Shown here: in pieces, positions 1-9,494 of the stretch
Layout: each line of letters starts with the position of its first letter
How positions within the stretch are numbered: the stretch's first letter is position 1
Source: Candidatus Parcubacteria bacterium
GTDB taxonomy: Bacteria > Patescibacteriota > Minisyncoccia > JACPXH01
Length of the DNA stretch: 64,000 nucleotides
Assembly (NCBI GenBank): GCA_016196625.1
Contig: JACPXH010000013.1
Span: 4,516 to 68,515 of the forward strand
Direction of reading: 5' to 3'
Program-made: the position numbers and the translations under genes
The notes under the pieces: model-generated
The model's input: only the letters and a program-made list of their open reading frames with translations
Databases searched by the model: none
What the model was told of the DNA's origin: nothing

Positions 1-1239
1 GAAGAAGATTCGAGCGCCTACAAGTCTTGGGAACAGAGCCCGCGCTACGATACGCGGGAAGTCGCGGAAAAGTTAGCCGAGCTTTCCAAGTCGCAACTGG
101 TGTTTGGTGCTTTGTCTCCCACTAGCACAGCGATGCTGCGAGCAAAGCGCGGGCGGGTTACCCTTACCGGACCGGATGCCGTCGCCGGGCGGTTGCTTAA
201 CCCCACGGTGGTTGACCTAAAGCTTGAACGGCGCGCGGGAAACGAGTCGCCCTTGAGTCGTAGTCTACAAGAGAGGGTCTCTCAAGCGCTGGCGGAGAAA
301 CGTCCGGTACTCCTGTTTATCAACCGGCGCGGCACCGCGCCCGTGGTGCTTTGTCGCGATTGCGGGGCGGTGATTGAATGTCCACGCTGCAGTGTTGCAA
401 TGGTGCAGCACCGTGGTGCGGTGCGTGCCACAAAGGCGGCGGTGAACGTGTTGGTCTGCCATCATTGCAATACCCGTTTAGCTGTCCCCGATGTGTGTCC
501 ACGGTGTCATGGTCATGAATTGCACGCTTTTGGCGCGGGGACAGAGCGGATTGAAGCCGAGGTAAAAAAGCTATGGCCGGCCGCGCGCGCTACTCGGCTT
601 GACACCGACGCTTCGCCCACGAGCCGCGAGGTGGGCGCGGTGATACAGAGCTGGCGCGCTGGCGACGTTGACATTCTGGTGGCGACGCAACTTGCCTTGG
701 CGCTGCGTTACCACATCTTCTCGCGGCCGCCGCTCCTTGGTATTGTAGCCTTGGATCCGCTGATGGCTTTTCCCGACTATCGGGTTGGCGAACGGCTGTG
801 GCAGCTGATTCGGGCGTTGGGGCTTGCCGCGTGCGAGGTGGTTGTCCAAACCTATGCGCCTGAGCAGCCCCTCCTTGAGGCTCTGAAAAGTTCTCCTGAA
901 GCCTTCTACGCGGCCGAGCTCGCCGAGAGACGAACCTTAGGCCTGCCGCCCTTTTCTGAACTCATCAAGCTTACGTTTCGGCACCGCGACAGCGCCAAGG
1001 CCGCGGCAGAAGCGGCGAATGGAGCACAGCAGTTAAGTGCGGTTATCGCCAAGGCCAAAGTTGAGGATCGGGTTCAGATCCTTGGTCCGGTGCCCGCTTT
1101 CATAGCCAAGGAGAAAGGGCAGTATGTCTGGAGTGTGTTGGTTCAGTCTCGGCTCACTTCGCTTAAGGCGCGCAATACCCTCTTGCGTTTCGTGCCGAGC
1201 AACTGGAACGTGGATGTGCATCCGGATTCTATTTTGTGA
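1..1239 (+). CDS. priA: Primosomal protein N' (PriA), C-terminal part; 5' end lies outside the window
   Basis: Frame is open from base 1 into the listed ORF (100..1239). Double CxxC zinc-binding motifs (CRDCGAVIECPRC ... CHHCNTRLAVPDVCPRCHG) and a helicase C-terminal region typical of PriA. Confidence 0.8.
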   Translation, partial: EEDSSAYKSWEQSPRYDTREVAEKLAELSKSQLVFGALSPTSTAMLRAKRGRVTLTGPDAVAGRLLNPTVVDLKLERRAGNESPLSRSLQERVSQALAEKRPVLLFINRRGTAPVVLCRDCGAVIECPRCSVAMVQHRGAVRATKAAVNVLVCHHCNTRLAVPDVCPRCHGHELHAFGAGTERIEAEVKKLWPAARATRLDTDASPTSREVGAVIQSWRAGDVDILVATQLALALRYHIFSRPPLLGIVALDPLMAFPDYRVGERLWQLIRALGLAACEVVVQTYAPEQPLLEALKSSPEAFYAAELAERRTLGLPPFSELIKLTFRHRDSAKAAAEAANGAQQLSAVIAKAKVEDRVQILGPVPAFIAKEKGQYVWSVLVQSRLTSLKARNTLLRFVPSNWNVDVHPDSIL

Positions 1240-1435
1240 ACGAAACCCGGATACCAAAAAACGTTCAAGCCCCCAGCATCAAGAAACGTTCGATCTCGAA
1301 GGCTGAGGCACGGGGACTCTGTAAAGAAGCGCAGGAACTTAACCTCAATTTTCCAGCAATCGTGAGAAAGAAGAAATAATTGGGTTTTGACTGTTGTGAT
1401 TTTTTCGGAATTCTGGTTGCGACCTTGGTCATTTT

Positions 1436-1951
1436 ATGAAATCTCTCCCGCTCATCCCAAGAGATGACCCTACTCTCCACCAGCTCTCGCGTGAGGTGCC
1501 GGATCCGCGCGCGCCAGAAATCCATCAACTCATCCGCGACATGCAGCTTACCATGCGGGTCAAAGAGGGGGTGGGGCTGGCGGCCCCACAGGTGGGGCAA
1601 CCACTCAATATTTTCGTTATCGATCGTGAGTTCGTGGACGCCGACCGCAAGCGGCAATCGCGTTGGGCGCGGTGGTTCCCGAAGCAAGTTCCGGCCGTGT
1701 ACATCAACCCGGAACTAGTCCGGCGAAGCGGCGATGTCGTACTGCTCGAGGAGGGGTGTCTTTCAGTGCCTGGCGTGTTCGGCTTGGTGCCGCGCTGGGA
1801 GAAGGTTACGCTCAAAGCGCAAGATCAAAACGGCAGGCGGTTTCGCGTGCGTGCGAGCGGCCTTCTTGCCCACGTGCTCCAGCACGAGATGGATCATCTC
1901 GCGGGGCAACTGTTTACCGAAAAGGTGAAGAAGTATACTACCCGCAAGTAG
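1436..1951 (+). CDS. def: Peptide deformylase
   Basis: The three PDF motifs GVGLAAPQVG, EGCLSVPG and QHEMDHLAG. Adjacent to fmt in the classic def-fmt arrangement. Confidence 0.9.
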   Translation: MKSLPLIPRDDPTLHQLSREVPDPRAPEIHQLIRDMQLTMRVKEGVGLAAPQVGQPLNIFVIDREFVDADRKRQSRWARWFPKQVPAVYINPELVRRSGDVVLLEEGCLSVPGVFGLVPRWEKVTLKAQDQNGRRFRVRASGLLAHVLQHEMDHLAGQLFTEKVKKYTTRK

Positions 1952-1985
1952 CCCCGTATCTTGTGGAAGTTTCGGAAATAGATTA

Positions 1986-2017
1986 AACTTTCTAATGTAT
2001 TAATACATTAGAAAGTT
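1986..2017. promoter_or_regulatory. 32-bp perfect AT-rich palindrome (AACTTTCTAATGTATTAATACATTAGAAAGTT) directly upstream of the TrpR/YerC-like regulator gene; putative operator
   Basis: Perfect dyad read directly from the sequence. It ends 4 nt before the ATG at 2022. The 24-bp core TTCTAATGTATTAATACATTAGAA recurs at 2504 and 40764. Confidence 0.5.
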
Positions 2018-2021
2018 GCTT

Positions 2022-2480
2022 ATGCCACAGATTTCTCGTGCCCGTCTCAGTAGACAGGTTGAGGAGGAGCTCGTTGAGACGTTTCTCGAGGGCATCGTCA
2101 TCGTTCAGGATAAAAGGTTAGCGAGGCAGGTGGCGGCAGATCTGTTTACCCCCACCGAGAAAATCATGCTGGCCAAGCGTCTTCTTATCGCCGTGCTCCT
2201 CGAAGAAGGATACGACTACCGTGCCATCGAGAAGTCGCTGAAGGTTACTCCCACCACGATTAATAGCATTCGGGCCATACTGGTTCGATCGGGTGCGGGG
2301 TTTCGGGCGCTGGCCGAATTGCTCAAAGGCGGTCGTGCCACACTGAAACGTAAGCAAGAACAAGAACGCCGGAGTGAGGAGGCCACAAATCGAATCGCGC
2401 ACTTTCTTGATATGCTTCGATTACCAGTGAAAGGATCCAAGCGCGACATGATTCGTTGGCGCAAGGCGATGACCAGATGA
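2022..2480 (+). CDS. TrpR/YerC-family small DNA-binding protein (Trp-repressor-like HTH)
   Basis: LFTPTEKIMLAKRLLIAVLLEEGYDYRAIEKSLKVTPTTINS matches the Trp_repressor/YerC family pattern. The ATG at 2022 is preferred over the listed TTG at 2016. Confidence 0.6.
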   Translation: MPQISRARLSRQVEEELVETFLEGIVIVQDKRLARQVAADLFTPTEKIMLAKRLLIAVLLEEGYDYRAIEKSLKVTPTTINSIRAILVRSGAGFRALAELLKGGRATLKRKQEQERRSEEATNRIAHFLDMLRLPVKGSKRDMIRWRKAMTR

Positions 2481-2503
2481 TGAGGTGATTCTTAGTACAT
2501 ACC

Positions 2504-2529
2504 ATTCTAATGTATTAATACATTAGAAT
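2504..2529. promoter_or_regulatory. 26-bp perfect palindrome ATTCTAATGTATTAATACATTAGAAT, second copy, 24 nt downstream of the regulator stop
   Basis: Perfect dyad. The core is identical to the copies at 1986 and 40764. Confidence 0.5.
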
Positions 2530-2650
2530 AGTGGCGTGCAGCGGTCGATGGTCGCAGGAACTTGTTTTGGACCTTTCAGTTCTTCGAAATGGATTCGCGC
2601 CCGCCCAATGAGACGAAGTCTCGTCTTGGGCGGGCGCGGGGGGAACTCTC

Positions 2651-3034
2651 CTAACCTTGCACGGCCTCGGCATACTCGCGTTTGATTTGTTTGGCGGTGG
2701 GCCAAAGGAGCACCGCGAGTGAGACCACGGCAGCAACGGCGATGAACCTAATCCAGCCCCTCGGTCCCTCAACCAGCGCTGTGCCCACCAATGCGCCAGC
2801 GAGGACGGTATACATGCTGCCTACGAAGCACCCCACGAGTGTAGTATTCGCATCCGGACCTAGCTTACCGCAGGAGCCAATCGGTGCTGCTATAAGAGCC
2901 CAGACGGCCGATACTACCATCCCCGCGAGGAATGGGAAAATTTGACTACGCAACTCCCCGAGGAATATCCAGAAGAACACCAGGAGGTAGAGCCACAGAA
3001 GCATCCCAACAATAACACTCACCCTTCTCCCCAT
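2651..3034 (-). CDS. Small integral membrane protein (hypothetical)
   Basis: 127-aa ORF with about four hydrophobic helices. No recognisable motif. Confidence 0.45.
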   Translation of the reverse strand: MGRRVSVIVGMLLWLYLLVFFWIFLGELRSQIFPFLAGMVVSAVWALIAAPIGSCGKLGPDANTTLVGCFVGSMYTVLAGALVGTALVEGPRGWIRFIAVAAVVSLAVLLWPTAKQIKREYAEAVQG

Positions 3035-3149
3035 TCGATGTCCTCCTCTGTTTGCTTCGGTTTCTAGCCGAACAGTTTCAGCCCGTGGCTTGTCCGTTCT
3101 TTCTGCGGTTTCTCAGGGCACAGATTCCATGTAGCATGTCTATGTAACT

Positions 3150-4154
3150 ATGTCAATAGCTAAATTTCTCTATTTCGGCACCCCGGAATTCAGTCGGATT
3201 GTGCTCGAAGAACTCTTGGAAAGCGGCTTTGCGCCGGTTGCGGTTGTTACCGCGCCGGATAAACCGGTTGGCAGAAAACAAGTTTTGACCGAATCGCCAG
3301 TGGCGGCGTTTGCGAAGCAGAACGGTGTTGAAGTTTTGAAGCCGGAGAAGATTAAGCCGCTGGAGTTCGTTGAAAAACTGAAATCGTATCAACCCGATCT
3401 CATGGTGGTGGCGGCCTACGGGAAAATTATCCCGCAGGCAATTTTGGACGTTCCCAAACACGGCGCGATAAATGTGCATCCATCTTTGCTACCCAAGTGG
3501 CGGGGTGCTTCCCCCATCCCCTATGCGATTTTGAACGGCGATCAGAAAACCGGCGTTACGATTATGCTAATGGATGCTGAAATGGATCACGGGGCGATTT
3601 TGGCGCAGGAAGAAGTTGTGCTGAAGGGCGATGAGATAACCGTGGCGCTTACTTCTCGTCTCGCGCGTATCGGCGGCCGGATGCTGACCGAGGTTATCCC
3701 GCGTTGGCTCGCGGGCAAAGTTACGCCGGTTGAACAAGATCATGCCGCGGCGACCTATACGAAAATACTTACTAAAGAAGACGGCCGGATTGATTGGTCA
3801 AAGTCAGCAGCTCAAATCGAGCGGCAAGTGCGCGCGTTTGACCCGTGGCCCGGGGCGTGGGCGGTGTGGGCCAGAGATGGTGAAGCGTCGGTTATCAAGC
3901 TTTTGGCAGCAAGCGCAGTTCCTCATTCTGAGCCGAGGGGGAAGAATCTCGAAGCGCGCCGAGATTCTTCGGCCGCTGCGCGGCCTCAGAATGACGGGGT
4001 GGTAGCGGTGCCCGGCACGGTTACGGCTGCGGGGGTCATCACTGGCGACGGATTACTAGAGCCGGTTACGGTTCAGCTCGCTGGTAAACGCCCGATGGAT
4101 TGGGCGGAGTTTCTTCGCGGGCATGGGGATTTCGTCGGAAGCATTTTGAAATAA
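3150..4154 (+). CDS. fmt: Methionyl-tRNA formyltransferase
   Basis: N-terminal formyltransferase motifs (YFGTPEFS, HPSLLPKWRGASPI) plus a C-terminal domain. Lies downstream of def. Confidence 0.9.
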   Translation: MSIAKFLYFGTPEFSRIVLEELLESGFAPVAVVTAPDKPVGRKQVLTESPVAAFAKQNGVEVLKPEKIKPLEFVEKLKSYQPDLMVVAAYGKIIPQAILDVPKHGAINVHPSLLPKWRGASPIPYAILNGDQKTGVTIMLMDAEMDHGAILAQEEVVLKGDEITVALTSRLARIGGRMLTEVIPRWLAGKVTPVEQDHAAATYTKILTKEDGRIDWSKSAAQIERQVRAFDPWPGAWAVWARDGEASVIKLLAASAVPHSEPRGKNLEARRDSSAAARPQNDGVVAVPGTVTAAGVITGDGLLEPVTVQLAGKRPMDWAEFLRGHGDFVGSILK

Positions 4155-4205
4155 AAAGATGCCCCCGGCCAATCGGCTTGGAGAAGCTCGGTGAACTTTT
4201 CGGCT

Positions 4206-4523
4206 CTATTGAGGCAAATTGAGTGCTTTCCTTATTCGTTCCATTTCTCGCGCCACAACTTCCGAATCATACTCCCCGCTATGCGCAGCCGACCCCTCGT
4301 ACGAGGGCTTTTTTTGGTCTAGATGGAGACGCAACCGGATCCCGCGGCCTTGACTCGAGCTTGTCGAGGGGCCTTCCGGCACCGCATAGATATGAAACCG
4401 CGGATATGGGTTCGGACCGGCCCGGCGAATGAAGCTTTGGCCGTCAGCCGGATGCGGTGCATAGCCACACTGGCGCATGAGGCTCAGGGTGTTTTCGGTT
4501 GGGTTGGTGATGACAATGTCCAT
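4206..4523 (-). CDS. Hypothetical protein
   Basis: 105-aa ORF on the strand opposite fmt. No confident motif. Confidence 0.3.
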   Translation of the reverse strand: MDIVITNPTENTLSLMRQCGYAPHPADGQSFIRRAGPNPYPRFHIYAVPEGPSTSSSQGRGIRLRLHLDQKKPSYEGSAAHSGEYDSEVVAREMERIRKALNLPQ

Positions 4524-4535
4524 GCCGGCAATTCG

Positions 4536-5201
4536 TCAACTCATCGCCTGACTGGTCGGTAAGCTCGATGTTGGCGGGAGCCGCCATCGGCCGAACAGGC
4601 GTTGCGAGATTTTGTAAATCGTATAGGTTATGAAAAAGGCGGCAAACACGTCAATTGAATAGTGGAGATGCATAAGCAGCACCGTAGCCCCCATGACAAA
4701 AGACGAAGCAAGAAAGAAGTACCGCACCCAGCGTTGGCGCATGACGAGAAATACCAGGAACGGAAAGCCGGTGTGGCCGGAGAAAAAAAGATCATTTTGT
4801 GCCGCCAAGGTTCGGAGTATTCGAAAGTAGTAGTCGGGCGGGCTTGCATCGGCTGGAGGTGCGAGGTGCGTGAGCGTTACAAAGAGCGCCCGCACGAATA
4901 CAAAGAGCGCAAAACTCATGAGGGCGAAGGGCAGGTTTTCCGGCTCCAAGAACGCAATCGCGACGATCGCCGCGAGCACCAGAAACAAGTATCCCCACAC
5001 GGCAAGCCACTCGAGGTTGACGAGCGGCAGGCGATCGAGCAGGAGATCCGGTACGGGAAAAGCGGCGGTGCGGTCGGCGTAGCGGCCGGTAACCGCCTGC
5101 AGCTTGAGGCTGCTTGCCACCGCCAACACGCTGGCTCCCGCAAACAGCATGAGCCAGCGGATTTTAAGAAGTTCTTTCCAGCGGTTGATGGTTTGGCGCA
5201 T
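4536..5201 (-). CDS. PAP2-superfamily membrane protein (lipid phosphatase/synthase-like)
   Basis: Multi-TM protein with a PSGH-like motif (FFSGHTGFPF) and a distal H...D motif (HLHYSIDVF) typical of PAP2 enzymes. Confidence 0.55.
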   Translation of the reverse strand: MRQTINRWKELLKIRWLMLFAGASVLAVASSLKLQAVTGRYADRTAAFPVPDLLLDRLPLVNLEWLAVWGYLFLVLAAIVAIAFLEPENLPFALMSFALFVFVRALFVTLTHLAPPADASPPDYYFRILRTLAAQNDLFFSGHTGFPFLVFLVMRQRWVRYFFLASSFVMGATVLLMHLHYSIDVFAAFFITYTIYKISQRLFGRWRLPPTSSLPTSQAMS

Positions 5202-5263
5202 GGGCGGCGAATTATGAATAACTAATCATGAATACCAGGAGGCGTAGGGTCCCGATTCGCGAT

Positions 5264-6298
5264 TCATAATTCCTGATTCAGTAGCGATCCGTACATTTCC
5301 TTGAGTCGTGCCGCCACAGCTTCGAGACTATGATGCTGGACCATCTGTTTGGCGTTGGCCGCGAGCCGTGCGCGGAGTGTTGCATCTTCTACGAGGCGTT
5401 TTAGATGTATGGCAAAATCCGCTTCGTCTTTGGCTTTGAGACAATTCTCTTCATGTGTGAGCCAGTCTTTATAGACCGGAATGTCGCGCACGAGAATGGG
5501 TCGGCCCACCGCCGCAGCCTCCAAAATCACCATGCCCTGGTTTTCTTCGAGCGACGGGAATACAAAAATGTCGCCGGCCGCATAGAGGCGCTCGGCGCCT
5601 TCGACGTTTCCGGGAAACTGAATGTTCTGGGGCAGGTCTTGGGGCAGGTTCTGCGCGGCAATGCTCGATGAGTATACTTTGCCGAACCAGATGAATTGGT
5701 TTTTCGGAAATGCACGCGCGAGGTTGACGAAAGTGTTGATGCCCTTGCGGGGGATGACGAGACCGACGTTAAATACGACCAGGTCCTTAAGCCCAAACCG
5801 CTCGCGGATATTTCGGCGGTTTTCTTCGGAGTCTTTGAAGCGTTCCGTGTCAACGCCGTTCGTGATGACTTCAAGGCGCGCTCGGACCGGATATTTCTGC
5901 AAGAGTCCTTTTGTGTATTCGGATGGACAGAGGACCAAGTCCGCTTGGCTGTACGCCCAGCGCAGGTATCGCCGGATCAGCGGATAGAGGGGTTTATTTA
6001 TCCAAAACACGCCTTGCGCGTCTTCAGCCGTGGTGTGGGCGTAGACGATCACTTTTTTGCCTTGGCGCTTCATCTTGCGCATGAGCCACGCCGAGCGCAG
6101 CCACGGCGTATTGAACTGTACGATGTTGCAATCCGCCGGCAACCCTTCGTGCCATTCCGTTACCGAGATTCCCGCCCGCGCGAGCGCGGTCTTTTGATTT
6201 TTGTAGCTTGAAAGGAGTCCGGTGCCGACATTTTGATACAGCCGCCCTTTAGCCAGATGGTAGTACTCAAGGTAGATGCAGACGCTGGCAGGGGTCAT
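5264..6298 (-). CDS. Glycosyltransferase family 4 (GT-B)
   Basis: C-terminal EX7E-type region (FPSLEENQGMVILEAAAVGRPILVRDIP). Confidence 0.8.
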   Translation of the reverse strand: MTPASVCIYLEYYHLAKGRLYQNVGTGLLSSYKNQKTALARAGISVTEWHEGLPADCNIVQFNTPWLRSAWLMRKMKRQGKKVIVYAHTTAEDAQGVFWINKPLYPLIRRYLRWAYSQADLVLCPSEYTKGLLQKYPVRARLEVITNGVDTERFKDSEENRRNIRERFGLKDLVVFNVGLVIPRKGINTFVNLARAFPKNQFIWFGKVYSSSIAAQNLPQDLPQNIQFPGNVEGAERLYAAGDIFVFPSLEENQGMVILEAAAVGRPILVRDIPVYKDWLTHEENCLKAKDEADFAIHLKRLVEDATLRARLAANAKQMVQHHSLEAVAARLKEMYGSLLNQEL

Positions 6299-7467
6299 AT
6301 TAGAGCAGCATAAACTTTTTCGAGCGCTTCGGCTACGTGGTGCCGGTCGAAGCGTTGGGCGAGCTCTCTTGACCGTTCTCCGAAACGCCGGCAGCGATCT
6401 GGTTCGTTCAGCAATTCGCGTACCCCAGCCGCGAGCCCCTCGCGGTCCCCGGGTTCGGCAAGGTAGGCGTTTTCGCCTTCGACGACCTGCTCGGGCGTTC
6501 CCCCGCCCCGGGTGGCCACGATCGCAAGCCCCGCGGCCATGGCTTCCAAAAGCGCCATGGATTGGTTTTCCGAGTCGCTGGGACTTACGAATATATCCGA
6601 GGCCACAATGAGTTGAGTGAGTTCTTGGCCGTGGAGCATGCCGGGAAATTTAACTGCATTTTGAAGGCCGAGCCGTGCTGCGTGCTGTTTTAGGTGCTGG
6701 AGATTCGGGCCGTCTCCGGCAATGGTCAAGGTGATCTGGGGCGCGGCGCGGTAGATGCCGGCCATGGCGTCAAGCAGCACCTCAACGCGGTTTTCTGCCG
6801 CAATCCGGCCGTGATATAGAAGCGCTGGGCTGGAGAGGCCGAAGCGTTGCTTAAGGGCTTCTTTCGGAGCGCTGCCGATGAAACGGTCGGTGTCGAGCGG
6901 GTTTGAGATCCATTGTACTAGTTGGGTCAAGCCCCCGGCCTTGAGTTCGTCTGCGACTGCTTTGGAGGAAGCCAGCACCAACTGGCAGTGGCGGTAGTAG
7001 CGAGCGGTATAACGCAGCACCAGGCTTCTGGCGATAGGCACGGGCAGGAGCGGTAGGTACACGCGGAATTTTTCTGCGAGCGTGTGGTGCGTGCCCACGA
7101 GCGGTCGGCCAAGGTGCTTGGCCGCGGCCACCGCTTCCCAACCGACGCCAAAAGGTGTGTGCGTGTGGATGATGTCGGGCCGGCCTGAAAGAGATCGCCA
7201 GCGCCCAAAGGTTGGGATGACCAACCGATATTGCCTATAGTTGGGGAGTGTGAAAGAGGCGTACCTTAGGACGCGTATCCCGCGAAGGTCAGGTGACTCT
7301 CCCCCCGGAGCGCTCGGGGCATGGACTTCGATTTCGTGGCCGCGCTCGCGGAGAGTTTCCGCGAGCGTTACCAGCGACCGCACGACACCATTCACTTGCG
7401 GCCAGAACGTGTCGGAGTAGAAAGCGATTTTCATGATGGAGTAATCGGAGTAATCTCGAATATACAA
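6295..7467 (-). CDS. Glycosyltransferase family 4 (GT-B)
   Basis: FVSPSDSENQSMALLEAMAAGLAIVATRGGG. Overlaps the downstream GT4 gene by 4 nt, as expected in an operon. Confidence 0.8.
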   Translation of the reverse strand: MYIRDYSDYSIMKIAFYSDTFWPQVNGVVRSLVTLAETLRERGHEIEVHAPSAPGGESPDLRGIRVLRYASFTLPNYRQYRLVIPTFGRWRSLSGRPDIIHTHTPFGVGWEAVAAAKHLGRPLVGTHHTLAEKFRVYLPLLPVPIARSLVLRYTARYYRHCQLVLASSKAVADELKAGGLTQLVQWISNPLDTDRFIGSAPKEALKQRFGLSSPALLYHGRIAAENRVEVLLDAMAGIYRAAPQITLTIAGDGPNLQHLKQHAARLGLQNAVKFPGMLHGQELTQLIVASDIFVSPSDSENQSMALLEAMAAGLAIVATRGGGTPEQVVEGENAYLAEPGDREGLAAGVRELLNEPDRCRRFGERSRELAQRFDRHHVAEALEKVYAALI

Positions 7468-7530
7468 ATAATTACGAGATTGCGTTCACGATTCGATTCG
7501 TATATTTATGTCGTATTCGTATATTCGCGA

Positions 7531-8481
7531 TTACTCCCCTTCAATTCCTTTACTCTCAAAGGCAATTTTCTCGGGTTTCCCCACCGGCCTGGGCTCGTCT
7601 CTATTTGCCGGTAGAAATTCTGGCGGTTCCTCCAAGAACTCTTTGATAATGGCATAGAGCCTTCCGGCGTGGCGCGTTAAAAGCCAGTGCCCGCCCACGT
7701 CCAGACTCAGCAGTTTGGCCTTGGGCATGCGGTGGACCATTTCCTCGGCTTCGCGCTCGGTTACCAGTGGATCATGGAGCGATCGGATTATGAGCGTGGG
7801 TTGCGCAATGGCCGAGAGGCTCTCGCCCAAATCGAGCTCTCCCATGGTGGCCAGACACCGCAAATTAACCGCCAAAGGCATGCTGGTAAGCCCTTGATAG
7901 ACCGACGGCCAGTAGCCGCCTACCGTTCGTAGGTCAGCAAAGTTGTACGTGCGCCGTTTATACCAACCAACAAGCCACGACAGAAAATGGACGCCCGCTT
8001 TTGCCGGCCGCGAGAGAAAACCGATGCGCCAGTAGAAAAACGGATTTTTGTGGTTGGCCGAGATGAGGATGAGTTTTTTAAGCCGTGTCGGTGCCCTGAG
8101 CGCGGTTTGCAGCGCGATTGCTCCCCCGGCCGAATAGCCAAGCACAGCGGCCCCTGAAACGTTGAGGCGCTCGAGAATTTCCAGGAAGTCGGCCGTGAAT
8201 AGCGCGAAGCTGTATTTGCGCCAGGCCAGGGGTTTGGCTGAAAGGCCGTGGCCGCGCAGGTCAAAAACAAGGGTCCCCCAGCCATGCTCTTCCAGAGATT
8301 CAAGCACCGGCAGCCACGAGGTGTGGTTGCCCGTATAGCCGTGGATCGCGACCACCATGGGGCGAAGGGGCTCGGCTACTTCGGGGTTGCTTCTTTGGGC
8401 CGGCCGGCAGAGACGATAGAAAATTTTGGTCCCGTCGGCGAGCGTCAGGAAGTCGAGCCGTGGTTTTTCTGCGACAGCCAT
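7531..8481 (-). CDS. Alpha/beta-hydrolase fold protein
   Basis: VVAIHGYTGNHTSW and a nucleophile elbow GYSAGG. Confidence 0.75.
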   Translation of the reverse strand: MAVAEKPRLDFLTLADGTKIFYRLCRPAQRSNPEVAEPLRPMVVAIHGYTGNHTSWLPVLESLEEHGWGTLVFDLRGHGLSAKPLAWRKYSFALFTADFLEILERLNVSGAAVLGYSAGGAIALQTALRAPTRLKKLILISANHKNPFFYWRIGFLSRPAKAGVHFLSWLVGWYKRRTYNFADLRTVGGYWPSVYQGLTSMPLAVNLRCLATMGELDLGESLSAIAQPTLIIRSLHDPLVTEREAEEMVHRMPKAKLLSLDVGGHWLLTRHAGRLYAIIKEFLEEPPEFLPANRDEPRPVGKPEKIAFESKGIEGE

Positions 8482-9482
8482 GAGGTAAAGAAATTTCTAA
8501 GCAGCGGGCTGTTTCCCTTGAGCAACCAGAGTAAACTCGCAATGCCGATGCCTGCAATGAGGAGATCTTTGGCGCGCACGACGAACGCAAACGCCACGCC
8601 GCGGACCGCGCCCAGGCCGAGGGCTCCAAATATTGCCGCGCCGCTCAGATCCCCAACGCCCACGTTGGCCACACCCGGGACGGCGTAGACCGCAATGAGT
8701 ATGGTTTGAATGATGACGACTTCGGTGAGGTTTGGCTGGTAGCCGAGGAAGCTCACCACGAGCCACACCTCTACAAATGTGATCGCTGAGATGAGCGAAC
8801 TCAAAAGCACCGCCCGGCCGAGCACCGACCGTTTTTCCAGGAGGTAGTCCGCGAGGATATCTTCGAAGCGGTCAATGCTGCGAGCAGTATTCTTGAGCGC
8901 TTTGAGGTTCGAGATGCGCAGCATCCGGAAAAACGGTCCAAGTACTCTCCGGCCCGCGGCCAGATGTGCTCCCACCAGGAGTATGAGGACAATCACCGCC
9001 ACGAGAGCAATAAGCAGGGTTGGGCTCTGGAAGGGTAGCGCTCCGCTGGCCGCTGCACTAGTAAGCACGATGAGCGTAAGCGTGATGTGCACTGTCCATT
9101 CGATGAGTCGATCGCTCGCGGCCGCGGCGAGGGCGAGCGGTGCACGGACGTTCTCGCGGCTCAATAGGTATGCCCGCACTCCCTCGCCCAGAAGATCGGC
9201 CAGCGGGGTCAGATACGTCATGGCGAATGCAGCCAGCCGTATTTGAAGCAAGCGCCGGAACCGCAACCGTACGTTCTGTGCTCTTAGCAGCATGCGCCAG
9301 CGCGTTACCTGCAAGGTGAGGTTAAGGAGCGAAAGCAGCACTAAAACCCCGAACTGCCAGAGGGCGACAGAACGGAGCGCGGCCCAAATCTTGTTCAGGG
9401 GAATGCGCGAGAGGGTCCCCGCGAGCAGTGTTGCTCCGACTACCAGCGCGAGAAATATGCTGAGAGTTCGCCAGCGACGCAT
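8445..9482 (-). CDS. Lysylphosphatidylglycerol-synthase TM-region-like (flippase-like) membrane protein
   Basis: Polytopic protein. Its N-terminal pattern (LNKIWAALRSV...WRMLLRAQNV) is typical of the UPF0104/LPG-synthase TM family. Confidence 0.6.
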   Translation of the reverse strand: MRRWRTLSIFLALVVGATLLAGTLSRIPLNKIWAALRSVALWQFGVLVLLSLLNLTLQVTRWRMLLRAQNVRLRFRRLLQIRLAAFAMTYLTPLADLLGEGVRAYLLSRENVRAPLALAAAASDRLIEWTVHITLTLIVLTSAAASGALPFQSPTLLIALVAVIVLILLVGAHLAAGRRVLGPFFRMLRISNLKALKNTARSIDRFEDILADYLLEKRSVLGRAVLLSSLISAITFVEVWLVVSFLGYQPNLTEVVIIQTILIAVYAVPGVANVGVGDLSGAAIFGALGLGAVRGVAFAFVVRAKDLLIAGIGIASLLWLLKGNSPLLRNFFTSWLSQKNHGSTS

Positions 9483-9494
9483 GGGGACGACAAC

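Noticed and set aside
8248-8688. Plus-strand 146-aa ORF
   Set aside because: Antisense to the alpha/beta-hydrolase and flippase-like genes, and Ala/Arg/Pro-rich.
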